IMG/VR virus record: IMGVR_UViG_3300048762_000330
DNA from: a virus
Direction: 5' to 3' (one strand)
DNA: 64,000 nt
Shown: piece after piece, positions 7,903 through 16,592 of the stretch
How positions within the stretch are numbered: the stretch's first letter is position 1
How the letters are laid out: each line of letters starts with the position of its first letter
Made by a program: the position numbers and the translations under genes
The notes under the pieces: generated by a model
What the model was told of the DNA's origin: nothing
Seen by the model: the letters and a program-made list of their open reading frames with translations, nothing else
Databases searched by the model: none

Positions 7903-9000
7903 ATGAAAACACTACTCTTCATATGGCTGGCACTGAGTGTACACGCACAGAGTACAACCGAAATTGTACGTCGTGTGAACAATTATTTCAGTATGGATTT
8001 TACGGTGGTAGCAATTCCCGACATCCAAAACCTCGCACAATATTATCCATCGACCTTGAACACGATGATGCAAGCCATCGTGAATAATTCCACAACATGC
8101 GCCGCACCATTCTGTCCTGCGAGCGGACAATGGAACATCGAAGCGGTTTTAGGCGAAGGAGATAATGTCAACGCTACAGATACGGCGCAAATGACTGTTT
8201 CACAGACCGCATGGAATTACATTGCGGCTTCGAATATTCCGTTTTTGATAGCAATCGGAAATCATGACTATGATAATATTTCGGAGCGTAACACAACCAC
8301 CTTTGACAAATTTTTTGGACCGTCATATTATGCTGCTCATTTTTGGTATGGCGGTGGATTCCCTGCCAATTCAAACGCAAATTCATATGCACTTGTCACT
8401 CTTGGCGGCTATCCTTTCGTCCTTCTCAGCATGGAGTTTTATCCACGTTGCACAGCGACGGGAATATTTGCAACTGTGTGCGCCGGATCGACAATAGCTG
8501 TTGACGCTGATGCTGCATCGTGGGCCGAAGGAGTTTTGACCGCAAATAGTGAGCGACAAGCCATTATTGTGACTCATGCATACTTGGATTCTTGGCCCGA
8601 CACCCACAGAATGGACGATTCCGATCCTACTGTCTTTGGGGTTGCTGGTCCCAATTGGCTTAACGGCGTAGAGATGAATAGCACGATTGTGCAGCATAGT
8701 AGTGTTGCGCTTGTAGTGAACGGACATTTTCCAAATGCTTCTTACAGCGCCCATATAGCTCCCCAAGAAACAAACTCGGTGGGAGCGCTGGTATCAGAAG
8801 TTTTCAGCAATTATCAAAATGACATGGCTAATAGTTGGATTGCGTTGTTCAAATTTCGCCCTTCATTGGGCCAAATCGAAGTCTACCATTACTCCGTAAG
8901 CCTTGCAGGATTCGATCCAAATTTTCCGATGTACACGTTGCAATGGAATCCGAAAAGAAACCGGATGGCGGTAGAGAGACCAAAAGACCGGATGAGATAA
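7903..9000 (+). CDS. secreted calcineurin-like metallophosphoesterase
   Basis: signal peptide; PDIQ, GD..N, IGNHDYD, THAYL and NGH motifs. Confidence 0.8.
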   Translation: MKTLLFIWLALSVHAQSTTEIVRRVNNYFSMDFTVVAIPDIQNLAQYYPSTLNTMMQAIVNNSTTCAAPFCPASGQWNIEAVLGEGDNVNATDTAQMTVSQTAWNYIAASNIPFLIAIGNHDYDNISERNTTTFDKFFGPSYYAAHFWYGGGFPANSNANSYALVTLGGYPFVLLSMEFYPRCTATGIFATVCAGSTIAVDADAASWAEGVLTANSERQAIIVTHAYLDSWPDTHRMDDSDPTVFGVAGPNWLNGVEMNSTIVQHSSVALVVNGHFPNASYSAHIAPQETNSVGALVSEVFSNYQNDMANSWIALFKFRPSLGQIEVYHYSVSLAGFDPNFPMYTLQWNPKRNRMAVERPKDRMR

Positions 9001-9007
9001 AAGGCCC

Positions 9008-9036
9008 TTGACAAGCGTTTAAAAGCGTGCTAAACT
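9008..9036 (+). promoter_or_regulatory. sigma70-type promoter of the Y RNA/tRNA cluster
   Basis: TTGACA-17nt-TAAACT. Confidence 0.75.
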
Positions 9037-9050
9037 GGGTTTTGAATGAT

Positions 9051-9115
9051 GATCGAGCCGGAAGATTTGGGTTATCTTATAAAAATCAAACCTATGTCAA
9101 ACAATTTGTTCGGTC
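9051..9115 (+). ncRNA. Y RNA-like RNA 4
   Basis: GATCGAGC/GTTCGGTC stem with G-U covariation; GAGCCGGAAG...GGGTTATCT...ACAATTTGTTC. Confidence 0.7.
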
Positions 9116-9128
9116 TAAATATAGAATT

Positions 9129-9204
9129 GGGCCTGTAGTTTATTACACGAAAACACGTCCCCTGCAAGGATGAGAGTCGGGAGGGAAGCCCGGTGGGTCC
9201 ACCA
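9129..9204 (+). tRNA. tRNA-Ala(UGC), non-canonical
   Basis: 76-nt cloverleaf ending ACCA; G3:U70 pair; loop CCTGCAA; T-loop AGGGAAG; D-loop lacks GG. Confidence 0.75.
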
Positions 9205-9474
9205 GTTTAGAAAGGGTCTTGAGCCAGCAAGCCTTTCCGAATAATCTGGCTATGCAAAGGGTCTGGCTAATTTACGCAGAATGCAAAACAGACCCAGGCT
9301 AAACGCCTTGTAGTACAACGGCGCATCGGTACATCCGGTGCGTCGTTGAAAAGAGTATGATTATGACCTACTTTACAATGATTATGACCTACTTTACATT
9401 GAATTGGCGATTTACCAACGGAACATAACCGCTGTTGATAACCAGCGAGTTGTGTTCTTCACATTGATACACAC

Positions 9475-9550
9475 GGCTGGTAAGCTAATCTAGTGAAAGT
9501 ATCGGTCTGAAAAACCGAGGAGTTGAGAGCGTAACTCAAACCAGCCACCA
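9475..9550 (+). tRNA. tRNA-Phe(GAA), non-canonical T-loop
   Basis: GGCTGGT/ACCAGCC + ACCA; TCGGT-CTGAAAA-ACCGA; T-arm TTGAG-AGCGTAA-CTCAA. Confidence 0.85.
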
Positions 9551-9553
9551 TAT

Positions 9554-9631
9554 AGGGGACGAGTGTTACATAGACAGCATTACAGCCTCCAAAGCTGATA
9601 GGTCGGGCCGCAAGAGTCCGGTCCCCTGCCA
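9554..9631 (+). tRNA. tRNA-Trp(CCA), non-canonical T-loop
   Basis: AGGGGAC/GTCCCCT + GCCA; CAGC-CTCCAAA-GCTG; T-arm CGGGC-CGCAAGA-GTCCG. Confidence 0.8.
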
Positions 9632-9654
9632 TTTTATTAAGTATAAATACTTGC

Positions 9655-10236
9655 ATGGAAAATGCAAATTTCATAATATCCACTCAATACGACGGAAAAC
9701 CTCGTAAACTTTACCGCCATCTGTGTTTGATATGTGATGTGGAATTTTGGGTTCCACGTCATAAAAAAAAGTTATGCTGCTCGCTTACCTGTCGTGGAAA
9801 AGCTAAAACAAAAAATCAAACTGTAATTCTTATTTGTACAAGATGCGGAATTGAATTTCACAAACGACAAAGCAGTTTAGTTAACAGCAAACATCAAAAA
9901 TTTTTTTGTTCAAGAAAATGTAAAGATTTAGCTCAAAGATTAGATGGTGATTGTCCAGAGATCAGACCTTCGCATTACGGAACCGGAACTGGGATTCATG
10001 GATATCGTTTAATAATGGCAAAAGAAATTAAAGATGGATGCATTGATTGTCATGAAACACAATCATATTTTTTGGAAGTTCATCATATAGATGGAAATCG
10101 AAACAATAACGCAAAATCTAATTTGGAGGTTGTTTGCGTGAAAGATCATCGTCGCCGTCATTTACAATTTATAAAGGACACATGGAATTTTAGTTCCCAT
10201 GTGTTAACACCCCGTGAAAATCTGGCTGAAGTTTGA
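9655..10236 (+). CDS. HNH endonuclease with N-terminal zinc-ribbon repeats
   Basis: CxxC...CSxxC repeats; C-terminal CIDC...LEVHHIDGNRNNN...NLEVVC..DH. Confidence 0.85.
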   Translation: MENANFIISTQYDGKPRKLYRHLCLICDVEFWVPRHKKKLCCSLTCRGKAKTKNQTVILICTRCGIEFHKRQSSLVNSKHQKFFCSRKCKDLAQRLDGDCPEIRPSHYGTGTGIHGYRLIMAKEIKDGCIDCHETQSYFLEVHHIDGNRNNNAKSNLEVVCVKDHRRRHLQFIKDTWNFSSHVLTPRENLAEV

Positions 10237-10268
10237 CATTTTCCGCTCCGTATGCTAAACTAAAAGGT

Positions 10269-10808
10269 ATGAAACTCAGAACTGGATTTGTAAGCAACTC
10301 TTCAAGCAGCAGCTTTATTGTCGCATTCTCCGTCCTTCCAAAGACGAAAGAAGAACTTCAAGCTATGCTTTTCGGAGACGAAAAAGTTTATCCTAATCCG
10401 TACATTTTTAATGCCAATGATACGTATGGCTGGACTGCCGAAGAAGTTACCGCAACTGTATGGGCCGATTTGTTTTCCTCAACCAATTCAAAAAGAACCG
10501 GCGTCATTTCCCGTGAAGAAGCCATTGAAGTGGGAATATCTGGTTACCTAGAAGGTGCAGAACGCCCGGAGATGCCGTCTTTCAATCGCAATCGCTCCGA
10601 TAAAGAACGGGCAAAAGATTGGGACGAATATCAAGAACAATGGAATCGTGCCAACGGGAAAGTCATGGAAGCTTTTCTCGCTAGAGTTCCAGAAGGACAC
10701 ATTCTGACTCATTTTGAGTACTGCGACAATGATGGTGATTACTTTCAAGCCTTGGAGCATGGTCCGTTGTTTCGAAATCTCCAAAGTCTTCGTGTCAGCC
10801 ACCACTAG
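10269..10808 (+). CDS. MKLRxGFVSNSSSSSF-motif protein (paralog 1)
   Basis: N-terminal motif shared with four genes at 59.2-61.6 kb. Confidence 0.75.
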   Translation: MKLRTGFVSNSSSSSFIVAFSVLPKTKEELQAMLFGDEKVYPNPYIFNANDTYGWTAEEVTATVWADLFSSTNSKRTGVISREEAIEVGISGYLEGAERPEMPSFNRNRSDKERAKDWDEYQEQWNRANGKVMEAFLARVPEGHILTHFEYCDNDGDYFQALEHGPLFRNLQSLRVSHH

Positions 10809-10827
10809 AAATGTGTTATACTTAGGT

Positions 10828-11079
10828 ATGAGCCATAGACTTGAAGTAACCTACAAAGGAAGTTTTGATACTGAAAAAGACGCCGCTATCGAAAAAGTCA
10901 TCGGCAAGCAATCCGGTGCCAGTGGTTATGGATTTGGTGAGCGGGATTTGGCCTTCTACTTCGACAAATCAAAAAAGGGAAAGACCACAAAGCAATGCGC
11001 CGATGAAGCTCTCGCCAAATTGAAGAGCGCTAAAATTCATGGTGTGAAAGGTGAAGTGGTCGAAGATAAAAAAGAATGA
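10828..11079 (+). CDS. hypothetical protein
   Basis: AGG RBS; coupled to the next gene. Confidence 0.55.
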   Translation: MSHRLEVTYKGSFDTEKDAAIEKVIGKQSGASGYGFGERDLAFYFDKSKKGKTTKQCADEALAKLKSAKIHGVKGEVVEDKKE

Positions 11080-11312
11080 CATTCAACCGAAATATGAAAT
11101 TCGTGACGACGATTTATAAGCAAGGCAGATGGAATTGGAAAAACTGCTGGCGTATCACTTTCATCCTCCTCTTGATAGGTGCGTTCTTTTCCTGTATGGA
11201 TTGGAAAATTGCTGCCAATGTCTTTGGTGGACTTGGTGGCGTAACCTTCATCCTAATGTTCGTCATTCGTTTTAAAGATGTAGGGAGGCTATTACGAGCA
11301 ATGAGCAGATGA
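11076..11312 (+). CDS. small membrane protein
   Basis: two hydrophobic segments. Confidence 0.55.
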   Translation: MTFNRNMKFVTTIYKQGRWNWKNCWRITFILLLIGAFFSCMDWKIAANVFGGLGGVTFILMFVIRFKDVGRLLRAMSR

Positions 11313-11464
11313 CGCTGATTAACTGTTGGCGTATCACTTTCGTATTATTCCTGCTAGGCGTGCTCTTTTCCTGGATGCAATGCAAAGCCATTGCCAACAT
11401 ATTCAGCGACATTGGTGGCATAGCTTTCATACTATATCATGGGTTGGTGGAGATGAATGCCTAA
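11309..11464 (+). CDS. small membrane protein, tandem paralog of the preceding gene
   Basis: [19 protein letters not shown] matches NCWRITFILLLIGAFFSCM; not in the ORF track (51 aa). Confidence 0.5.
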   Translation: MTLINCWRITFVLFLLGVLFSWMQCKAIANIFSDIGGIAFILYHGLVEMNA

Positions 11465-11672
11465 AGAAGACGCCATCGAAATGATCGGAATTGTAAAAGA
11501 GAAATTTCCCAGTGGAATGTTCTCCGTGGATTGCGCTGGTCGGATCATCCTCGCAACATTATCTGGTAAGCTTCGTATGAACCGAATACGAATATTGGTA
11601 GGAGATAAAGTGACAGTTGAGCTTTCGCCGTATGATTTAACAAAAGGTCGTATTTCGTTCAGACACAAATGA
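11457..11672 (+). CDS. infA: translation initiation factor IF-1
   Basis: KEDAIEM.G.V...P...F.V...[38 protein letters not shown]. Confidence 0.95.
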   Translation: MPKEDAIEMIGIVKEKFPSGMFSVDCAGRIILATLSGKLRMNRIRILVGDKVTVELSPYDLTKGRISFRHK

Positions 11673-11794
11673 GAAAATATATGTCAGGCTTACTTTTATT
11701 CGTTGCTGCTCTCGTTGCTATCCCTGTTTCCGTAAGATTGGGAGTGTCTCTTTTAGATTGGTTGGATCGTCGTCGCAAAAATAGGAGATTGTAA

Positions 11795-12700
11795 ATGGGT
11801 CAACAAGAAATGTATTGGTCTCTTCTGGCATTATCAGTTGGTGATGCAAGCGGCGAAAATGAATTGAAGATCCTGCCGCAATCAGAGTACAAAGCTGGTA
11901 ATGTTGCGGCCACACGAGATGGGTCAATTCTTTGGCCCTGGACCGACGACACCGCAATGGCTATAGGAGTCTTCAGGACGCTTTCCCGCTACGGAACCAT
12001 CAATCAGGTCGAGCTTACCAAAGAATTCGCACGTAACGCCAAGCTAGACCCACAGCGTGGTTATGGCAAAGGCACCGCCCGGTTGCTTTTCAATTATCTC
12101 TACGATGCAGAGAATTGGAGAGAACTCAGCGAACATGCATGGGGTCTAACTCCAATGTCAGGTTCTAAAGGCAATGGCAGCGCAATGCGTGATGTCATCA
12201 TCGGGCCGTATTTTGATCGAGATTTTCACCGCATCGCAAATGAAGCACGTCGTTCTGCTGAAGTAACGCATTTCCATTTAGAGTCAATTCATGGTTCTAT
12301 CGCTGTGGCCGTCGCCGCCGCTGTTGCGACATTCGAAGCACATCCTGAAAAATGGTTCTGGTCAGAACTCAACATGCATGTACCGGATGGCGAAATAAAA
12401 ACTCGCATTCAAACCGTCGCTAAAATGGGAAATGAAACCAATTGGAAAGTGGTTGGTGCCGTAGGAAACGGAAGTTCGGTCCTGGCAGTCGATACCGTTC
12501 CATTTGCTTTATGGCTGTCTCATCAAGTACTGACAAAAGGGATGAACTTTGAACAAGCCATGAAGAGTATTATTGAAGTTGGCGGCGACACCGATACTGT
12601 AGCCGCAATGGTAGGCGGAATCATTGGCAACAAAGTTCATCCTACACAGGAAATGATTGACCGGACTGAACCACTTCCAGCAGACATTTGTAAGGAATAA
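11795..12700 (+). CDS. ADP-ribosylglycohydrolase family protein
   Basis: SVGDA, WTDDT, GNGSAMR and GGDTDT..AM.G motifs. Confidence 0.9.
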   Translation: MGQQEMYWSLLALSVGDASGENELKILPQSEYKAGNVAATRDGSILWPWTDDTAMAIGVFRTLSRYGTINQVELTKEFARNAKLDPQRGYGKGTARLLFNYLYDAENWRELSEHAWGLTPMSGSKGNGSAMRDVIIGPYFDRDFHRIANEARRSAEVTHFHLESIHGSIAVAVAAAVATFEAHPEKWFWSELNMHVPDGEIKTRIQTVAKMGNETNWKVVGAVGNGSSVLAVDTVPFALWLSHQVLTKGMNFEQAMKSIIEVGGDTDTVAAMVGGIIGNKVHPTQEMIDRTEPLPADICKE

Positions 12701-12701
12701 A

Positions 12702-12920
12702 ATGCCAAGATATTCAAAAGAAGCTAAAAAATCAATTCAAGATAAGTTGGCTTGTGGTAGAAACTGTGTTCATCCGCAGGATCAGCGCAAGGTTATTGGC
12801 TTTGGTATTTTTTGCATGAAGTGTCAATGTCGTATGGATTTAGTATCCAATAACCCTGGTTTTATTTCTGACGCTAACGCCGAAAAGAAAATTTTGAATG
12901 ATATCCAGAAGGAATTATGA
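12702..12920 (+). CDS. hypothetical protein
   Basis: AGGA RBS; Cys-containing. Confidence 0.5.
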   Translation: MPRYSKEAKKSIQDKLACGRNCVHPQDQRKVIGFGIFCMKCQCRMDLVSNNPGFISDANAEKKILNDIQKEL

Positions 12921-13318
12921 CAACCAAATATTACGCAAAATTTTTGTTCCCCGGACTATTATTTTCCGAATCGGAACGTGTAGAACTGAAAAACCACTCT
13001 TCGCAAGAAGCATTAAAAAAGATGCCAAAAAATGCATTTGCTTTTGAGTTATATGATGTAGAAACACGGAGTTATGTTCTGAGTGAGACAGAAACACATG
13101 ATAAACTAGGAGATGATGCCATTACAAAGGACAAAACTGTCAACCGATCCGGGGTATTCTATCCAGGTGGAGTTTTATTCACTTTAGAAGAAGTCAAATC
13201 TATGGGCAAGAAATATAGCATTCTTGCCAGCAATATGGAAGGGAATTGTTGGGACCCGGTAGTAAAGACTACTGCCGGAAATTTCCAACCATTTGAAAAA
13301 AATGATGTGATTCTTTAA
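12917..13318 (+). CDS. hypothetical protein
   Basis: coupled ORF, AAGGA RBS. Confidence 0.6.
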   Translation: MTTKYYAKFLFPGLLFSESERVELKNHSSQEALKKMPKNAFAFELYDVETRSYVLSETETHDKLGDDAITKDKTVNRSGVFYPGGVLFTLEEVKSMGKKYSILASNMEGNCWDPVVKTTAGNFQPFEKNDVIL

Positions 13319-13377
13319 TTTCTCACGGGTGAAGAACACATACAGCCCATGAGTTTTGAAGGGCACCGTGAAAATTT

Positions 13378-13548
13378 CTAATCTTCGTCGTCCATATAAT
13401 GTTCGCCCATACACAGCCATAGAAAGAAGTCTCGTACACCTACGGCAATCGTCAGAAGTGCCAGCTTTGTGCAAATGAGCGGATGATGCAACCATACCCG
13501 CCAAAACCCCAAATTCAGTTGTCTAATACCATCCAACCAATGAACCAT
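13378..13548 (-). CDS. small hydrophobic protein (56 aa)
   Basis: GGGAG RBS then MVHWLDG...LALLTIAVGVRDFFLWLCM...; not in the ORF track. Confidence 0.45.
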   Translation of the reverse strand: MVHWLDGIRQLNLGFWRVWLHHPLICTKLALLTIAVGVRDFFLWLCMGEHYMDDED

Positions 13549-13575
13549 TTTTGTTCTCCCACATATAGAATAACG

Positions 13576-14259
13576 CTACGGTGTTACAGAGAACGATAAT
13601 CGATAATTTTGGTTCCTTTGCCGCCCATTCCGTTGCAAGTGTGGCATATGATCGTATTCCATGACATAAAGTCGTCCTGTCTGTGGATTTATAGGAAATT
13701 CTGACTCATGCTTTTTGCAACAAAGACATTTGTTGCCATATTTTTCTTTTAAGTCAATTCGTTCTTGTGCTGTGTTGAACCCTTCAGCTTGCGCTCGGTG
13801 GGCACGAATTTTGATTTGCCCAGTTCGCCGGATCTCTCGCCACTTTTCTGGATTGGCTATTGCCCATTTTCGACTTTGATTACGTTTCTTTTCTGCATTG
13901 GCAAGATAATATTTTCGACTGTATTCAAGTTTCTTTTCTATATTGGCTTGATAATATTTTCGAGCATTTTCATAGTATTTTTCTGGATTGGCTTGCCGCC
14001 ACTTTCTAGTTTGTTCACAAACTTTTTCTGGATTTGCTTGATATCGGTTTCGTCCCTGTTCACAAACCCTTTCTCGATTCGCTTGATACCATTTTCGAAG
14101 ATACTCGCATTTCTTTTTGGAATTTTTTTGTGTCCATTTTTGATTTTGTTTGCGATCACAAGCAATACACTTTTTACTGCTTGTATACCTTTTTGGTGAC
14201 CCGCACTTCCGACATGGTTTTCCTTCAAAAAATTTTGGTGATAAATTGTCTTCAGACAT
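13576..14259 (-). pseudogene. repeat-HNH element copy 1, HNH core deleted and frameshifted
   Basis: Zn finger + 7 repeats; after EYDH the VVPLSKGGTNWISNIQPL segment seen in paralogs is missing, and GGKGTKIIDYR lies in another frame. Confidence 0.8.
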
Positions 14260-14330
14260 GACGGTACGCTCCGTTGTGTTTAGGCTGTATTGTGAAGCTC
14301 ATTACTTCACATACAGCCGTTTGTATTTAG
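14260..14330 (-). promoter_or_regulatory. HNH element leader (late promoter + hairpin + RBS hairpin)
   Basis: CTAAATA-CAAAC-GGCTGTATGTGAAG..CTTCACAATACAGCC-TAAACACAACGGAG..CCGTC-ATG. Confidence 0.85.
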
Positions 14331-14358
14331 CATCTATATAAAACCAGGAGTGTGTTAT

Positions 14359-14964
14359 ATGTCGAAATTTTCTGAAGCGATTCCATTCATTTTAAAACAT
14401 GAGGGTGGGTTAGCCGGGCCAACCCCGGCTGGTGAGTACGTGAACATGGGCATCAATACCGATACCCTAATTGCACTCGGTTATAAAGGTACAAAGGATG
14501 AACTGGAAGAAATTATAAAAAATCTCACAATAGAGCAGGCAGTAGATATTTACCAAAAATATTACTGGACTTTTAAAGCACCAAGTATTCCCAATGCTTT
14601 AGATTTGATCCAATCTCAACCTGTAGGCGGAAAGATCCTAGACATGACCGTTCTAAGCGGTCAGCGCACTGCTATAAAGTTGGTACAGCGTGCTGCTAAT
14701 CTCCCGGAGAACGGATACTTCGATCAGGGCACCTTGGATACAGTGAACGGGCTAGGAGACGGCTTTGTGCAGGCATTGATCGCCACCTGGACGGCTTCGC
14801 TGTCATCCATTGCAGATCAAAAAATTGCAGCAGCACAAGCACAGAAAGTTGCAGCCGAAGCCAATAATGACGAAGCTGCTGTAAAGGAAGCCACTACATT
14901 AATAGTCTATTGGACTCGTGTGAAATTGGGCTGGCTTAATCGGGCTGCTTGGACAGGAGTATAA
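14359..14964 (+). CDS. glycoside hydrolase family 108-like lysozyme (endolysin candidate)
   Basis: FSEAIPFILKHEGG...NMGI...LT.EQA..IY..YYW, then AIKLVQRA peptidoglycan-binding-like segment. Confidence 0.7.
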   Translation: MSKFSEAIPFILKHEGGLAGPTPAGEYVNMGINTDTLIALGYKGTKDELEEIIKNLTIEQAVDIYQKYYWTFKAPSIPNALDLIQSQPVGGKILDMTVLSGQRTAIKLVQRAANLPENGYFDQGTLDTVNGLGDGFVQALIATWTASLSSIADQKIAAAQAQKVAAEANNDEAAVKEATTLIVYWTRVKLGWLNRAAWTGV

Positions 14965-14971
14965 TTACATT

Positions 14972-15634
14972 TTAGGTTCTATAATCAATAATTTTAGTTC
15001 CTTTGCCGCCCATTCCATTGCAGATATGGCATAAAGGTTGAATATTTGAAATCCAATTAGTTCCAAGTTTTTGATTTGGACAACAGCAGACTTTATAATT
15101 TTTACTACACCACTGACAAACTGAAAGTGGAACTATGTGATCTCGTTCCATTACATAACATCGTCCTGTTATTGGATTTATAGGAAATTCTGATTCGTGT
15201 TTTTTACAACGAAGACAATGATGCCCATAACATTCGTTAAGATCAATCCATTGTTTTGTTGAGTGATATCCTTCGGCGTTTTTTCGTCTGGCACGATTTT
15301 TTATTCCTGATGTTCGTGTACTTTCACGATACTTCTTTGTATAAGATTGAATCATCTCAGAATTTGATTGTCGCCATTTTCGATGAATTTCATAACACTT
15401 TTCTGGATTTTCTTGTTGCCATTTTCGACTTTTTTCACAAACCTTTTTAAAATTTGATTGATACCATTTTTGACTACGTTCATGACACTTTTCTAGATTT
15501 TTTGTACTCCATTTTCGAATGCGCTCACGACTACAATTAACACATTTTTTGTTGTTAATATACCTCATCAATCCATTACACTTCTTGCATGGTTTTCCTT
15601 CAAAATATTTGGATGATAAATTATTGTTAGACAT
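14972..15634 (-). CDS. repeat-HNH element copy 2 (intact)
   Basis: EGKPCKKC...CVNC; 15-aa repeats; ERDHIVPLS...GTNWISNIQPLCHIC; ends IIDYRT. Confidence 0.85.
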   Translation of the reverse strand: MSNNNLSSKYFEGKPCKKCNGLMRYINNKKCVNCSRERIRKWSTKNLEKCHERSQKWYQSNFKKVCEKSRKWQQENPEKCYEIHRKWRQSNSEMIQSYTKKYRESTRTSGIKNRARRKNAEGYHSTKQWIDLNECYGHHCLRCKKHESEFPINPITGRCYVMERDHIVPLSVCQWCSKNYKVCCCPNQKLGTNWISNIQPLCHICNGMGGKGTKIIDYRT

Positions 15635-15706
15635 TGCGCTCCAAAGGCAGTGCTTTGTTTAGGCTGTATGCGAACTAGAACTTCACATGCAGCCGTTTCT
15701 ATTTAG
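15635..15706 (-). promoter_or_regulatory. HNH element leader
   Basis: CTAAATA-GAAAC-GGCTGCATGTGAAG..TTCGCATACAGCC-TAAACAAAG. Confidence 0.85.
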
Positions 15707-15731
15707 CATCTATATATGTTATAATCATATT

Positions 15732-16319
15732 ATGCAAGAAAATCTTTTTCAAGAAGCGCAAAGGCATTTCAATCAACCAATCCTAATCGGATTCGATTTG
15801 TGCCGGTGTATCGGTTACGGCGAAGACGATGAAGATTGCTACTTGATCGTGCGTGACCCGCATCAAGAAAAATTGAGATGGTGTACATTTGTCGGCGGAT
15901 ACACCTATTTGAATATTCTAAAAGGACAAGATCAGTGCAAATCATCTACTACCGGCGAAGAGTGGAATGATTATACTCGTCTGGATTCACTACTGGAATT
16001 GAATGGGGCACCAAAAGAGAAGGAATTTATTTGCAAAGTCGAAGAAAAGATCGCCTGGGAAATTGATGTTTCAAATGATATTCCGCCTCATGTCGTTGCG
16101 CCAATTAAACCATATGTTTGTAAAGTGATTGATTACGACTCAATAATGAAAAAGCATGGACTTGAAGACAAGATGGTGTTTCATGATGGCGATCTTGTTC
16201 TGATGCTAGGTGAGATTGAACATATGCCTGGACATGTTGTCGTAGTCACAAGAGACGGTATCGTGCGATGGGCCTACCATACAGAGAATTTTCAAAAACT
16301 TACCAAAGATGAAGTATGA
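15732..16319 (+). CDS. hypothetical protein
   Basis: start trimmed because the upstream part is antisense HNH leader. Confidence 0.55.
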   Translation: MQENLFQEAQRHFNQPILIGFDLCRCIGYGEDDEDCYLIVRDPHQEKLRWCTFVGGYTYLNILKGQDQCKSSTTGEEWNDYTRLDSLLELNGAPKEKEFICKVEEKIAWEIDVSNDIPPHVVAPIKPYVCKVIDYDSIMKKHGLEDKMVFHDGDLVLMLGEIEHMPGHVVVVTRDGIVRWAYHTENFQKLTKDEV

Positions 16320-16582
16320 TAGAACACCCAGAAATTCCGCAAGGTTATTACTGCTATCGGAGAGAAGGTCGCATCTCCATCGATCCAAATGAGAAGACCC
16401 ATGGCACATTTCAAGAAGTCAGAAATTTGTGTCCGCATTGGGGTTCTGATCCAACCCAAGATTTTCAAGAGAACGGTTATTGCCGATTGCTTAATCTCCG
16501 AGATTGGGAACACGACACATTGTTGTGGGATCAAGTGAAAGAGTGTAATTTCAACATTGAAGATGACGAAGATAATGTCTAA
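16316..16582 (+). CDS. Cys-rich hypothetical protein
   Basis: IPQGYYCY...CPHW...GYCRLL...LLWDQVKEC. Confidence 0.6.
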   Translation: MIEHPEIPQGYYCYRREGRISIDPNEKTHGTFQEVRNLCPHWGSDPTQDFQENGYCRLLNLRDWEHDTLLWDQVKECNFNIEDDEDNV

Positions 16583-16592
16583 ATTATTAGAC

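Noticed and set aside
9220-9310. c-di-GMP-I (GEMM) riboswitch
   Set aside because: GCAAA and GGCTAAAC fragments are present, but the GAAA tetraloop/receptor architecture is not, and no gene lies downstream
13765-14261. Phe/Leu-rich ORFs antisense to HNH repeats (also 24658, 28079, and the 5' part of 50555)
   Set aside because: Shadow frames of the A-rich 45-nt repeats; no RBS or independent signal
14260-14330. HNH leader as a self-cleaving ribozyme or HEARO/omega RNA
   Set aside because: No hammerhead, twister, pistol or HDV core; far shorter than HEARO; proteins lack RuvC and PLMP motifs, so they are not IscB
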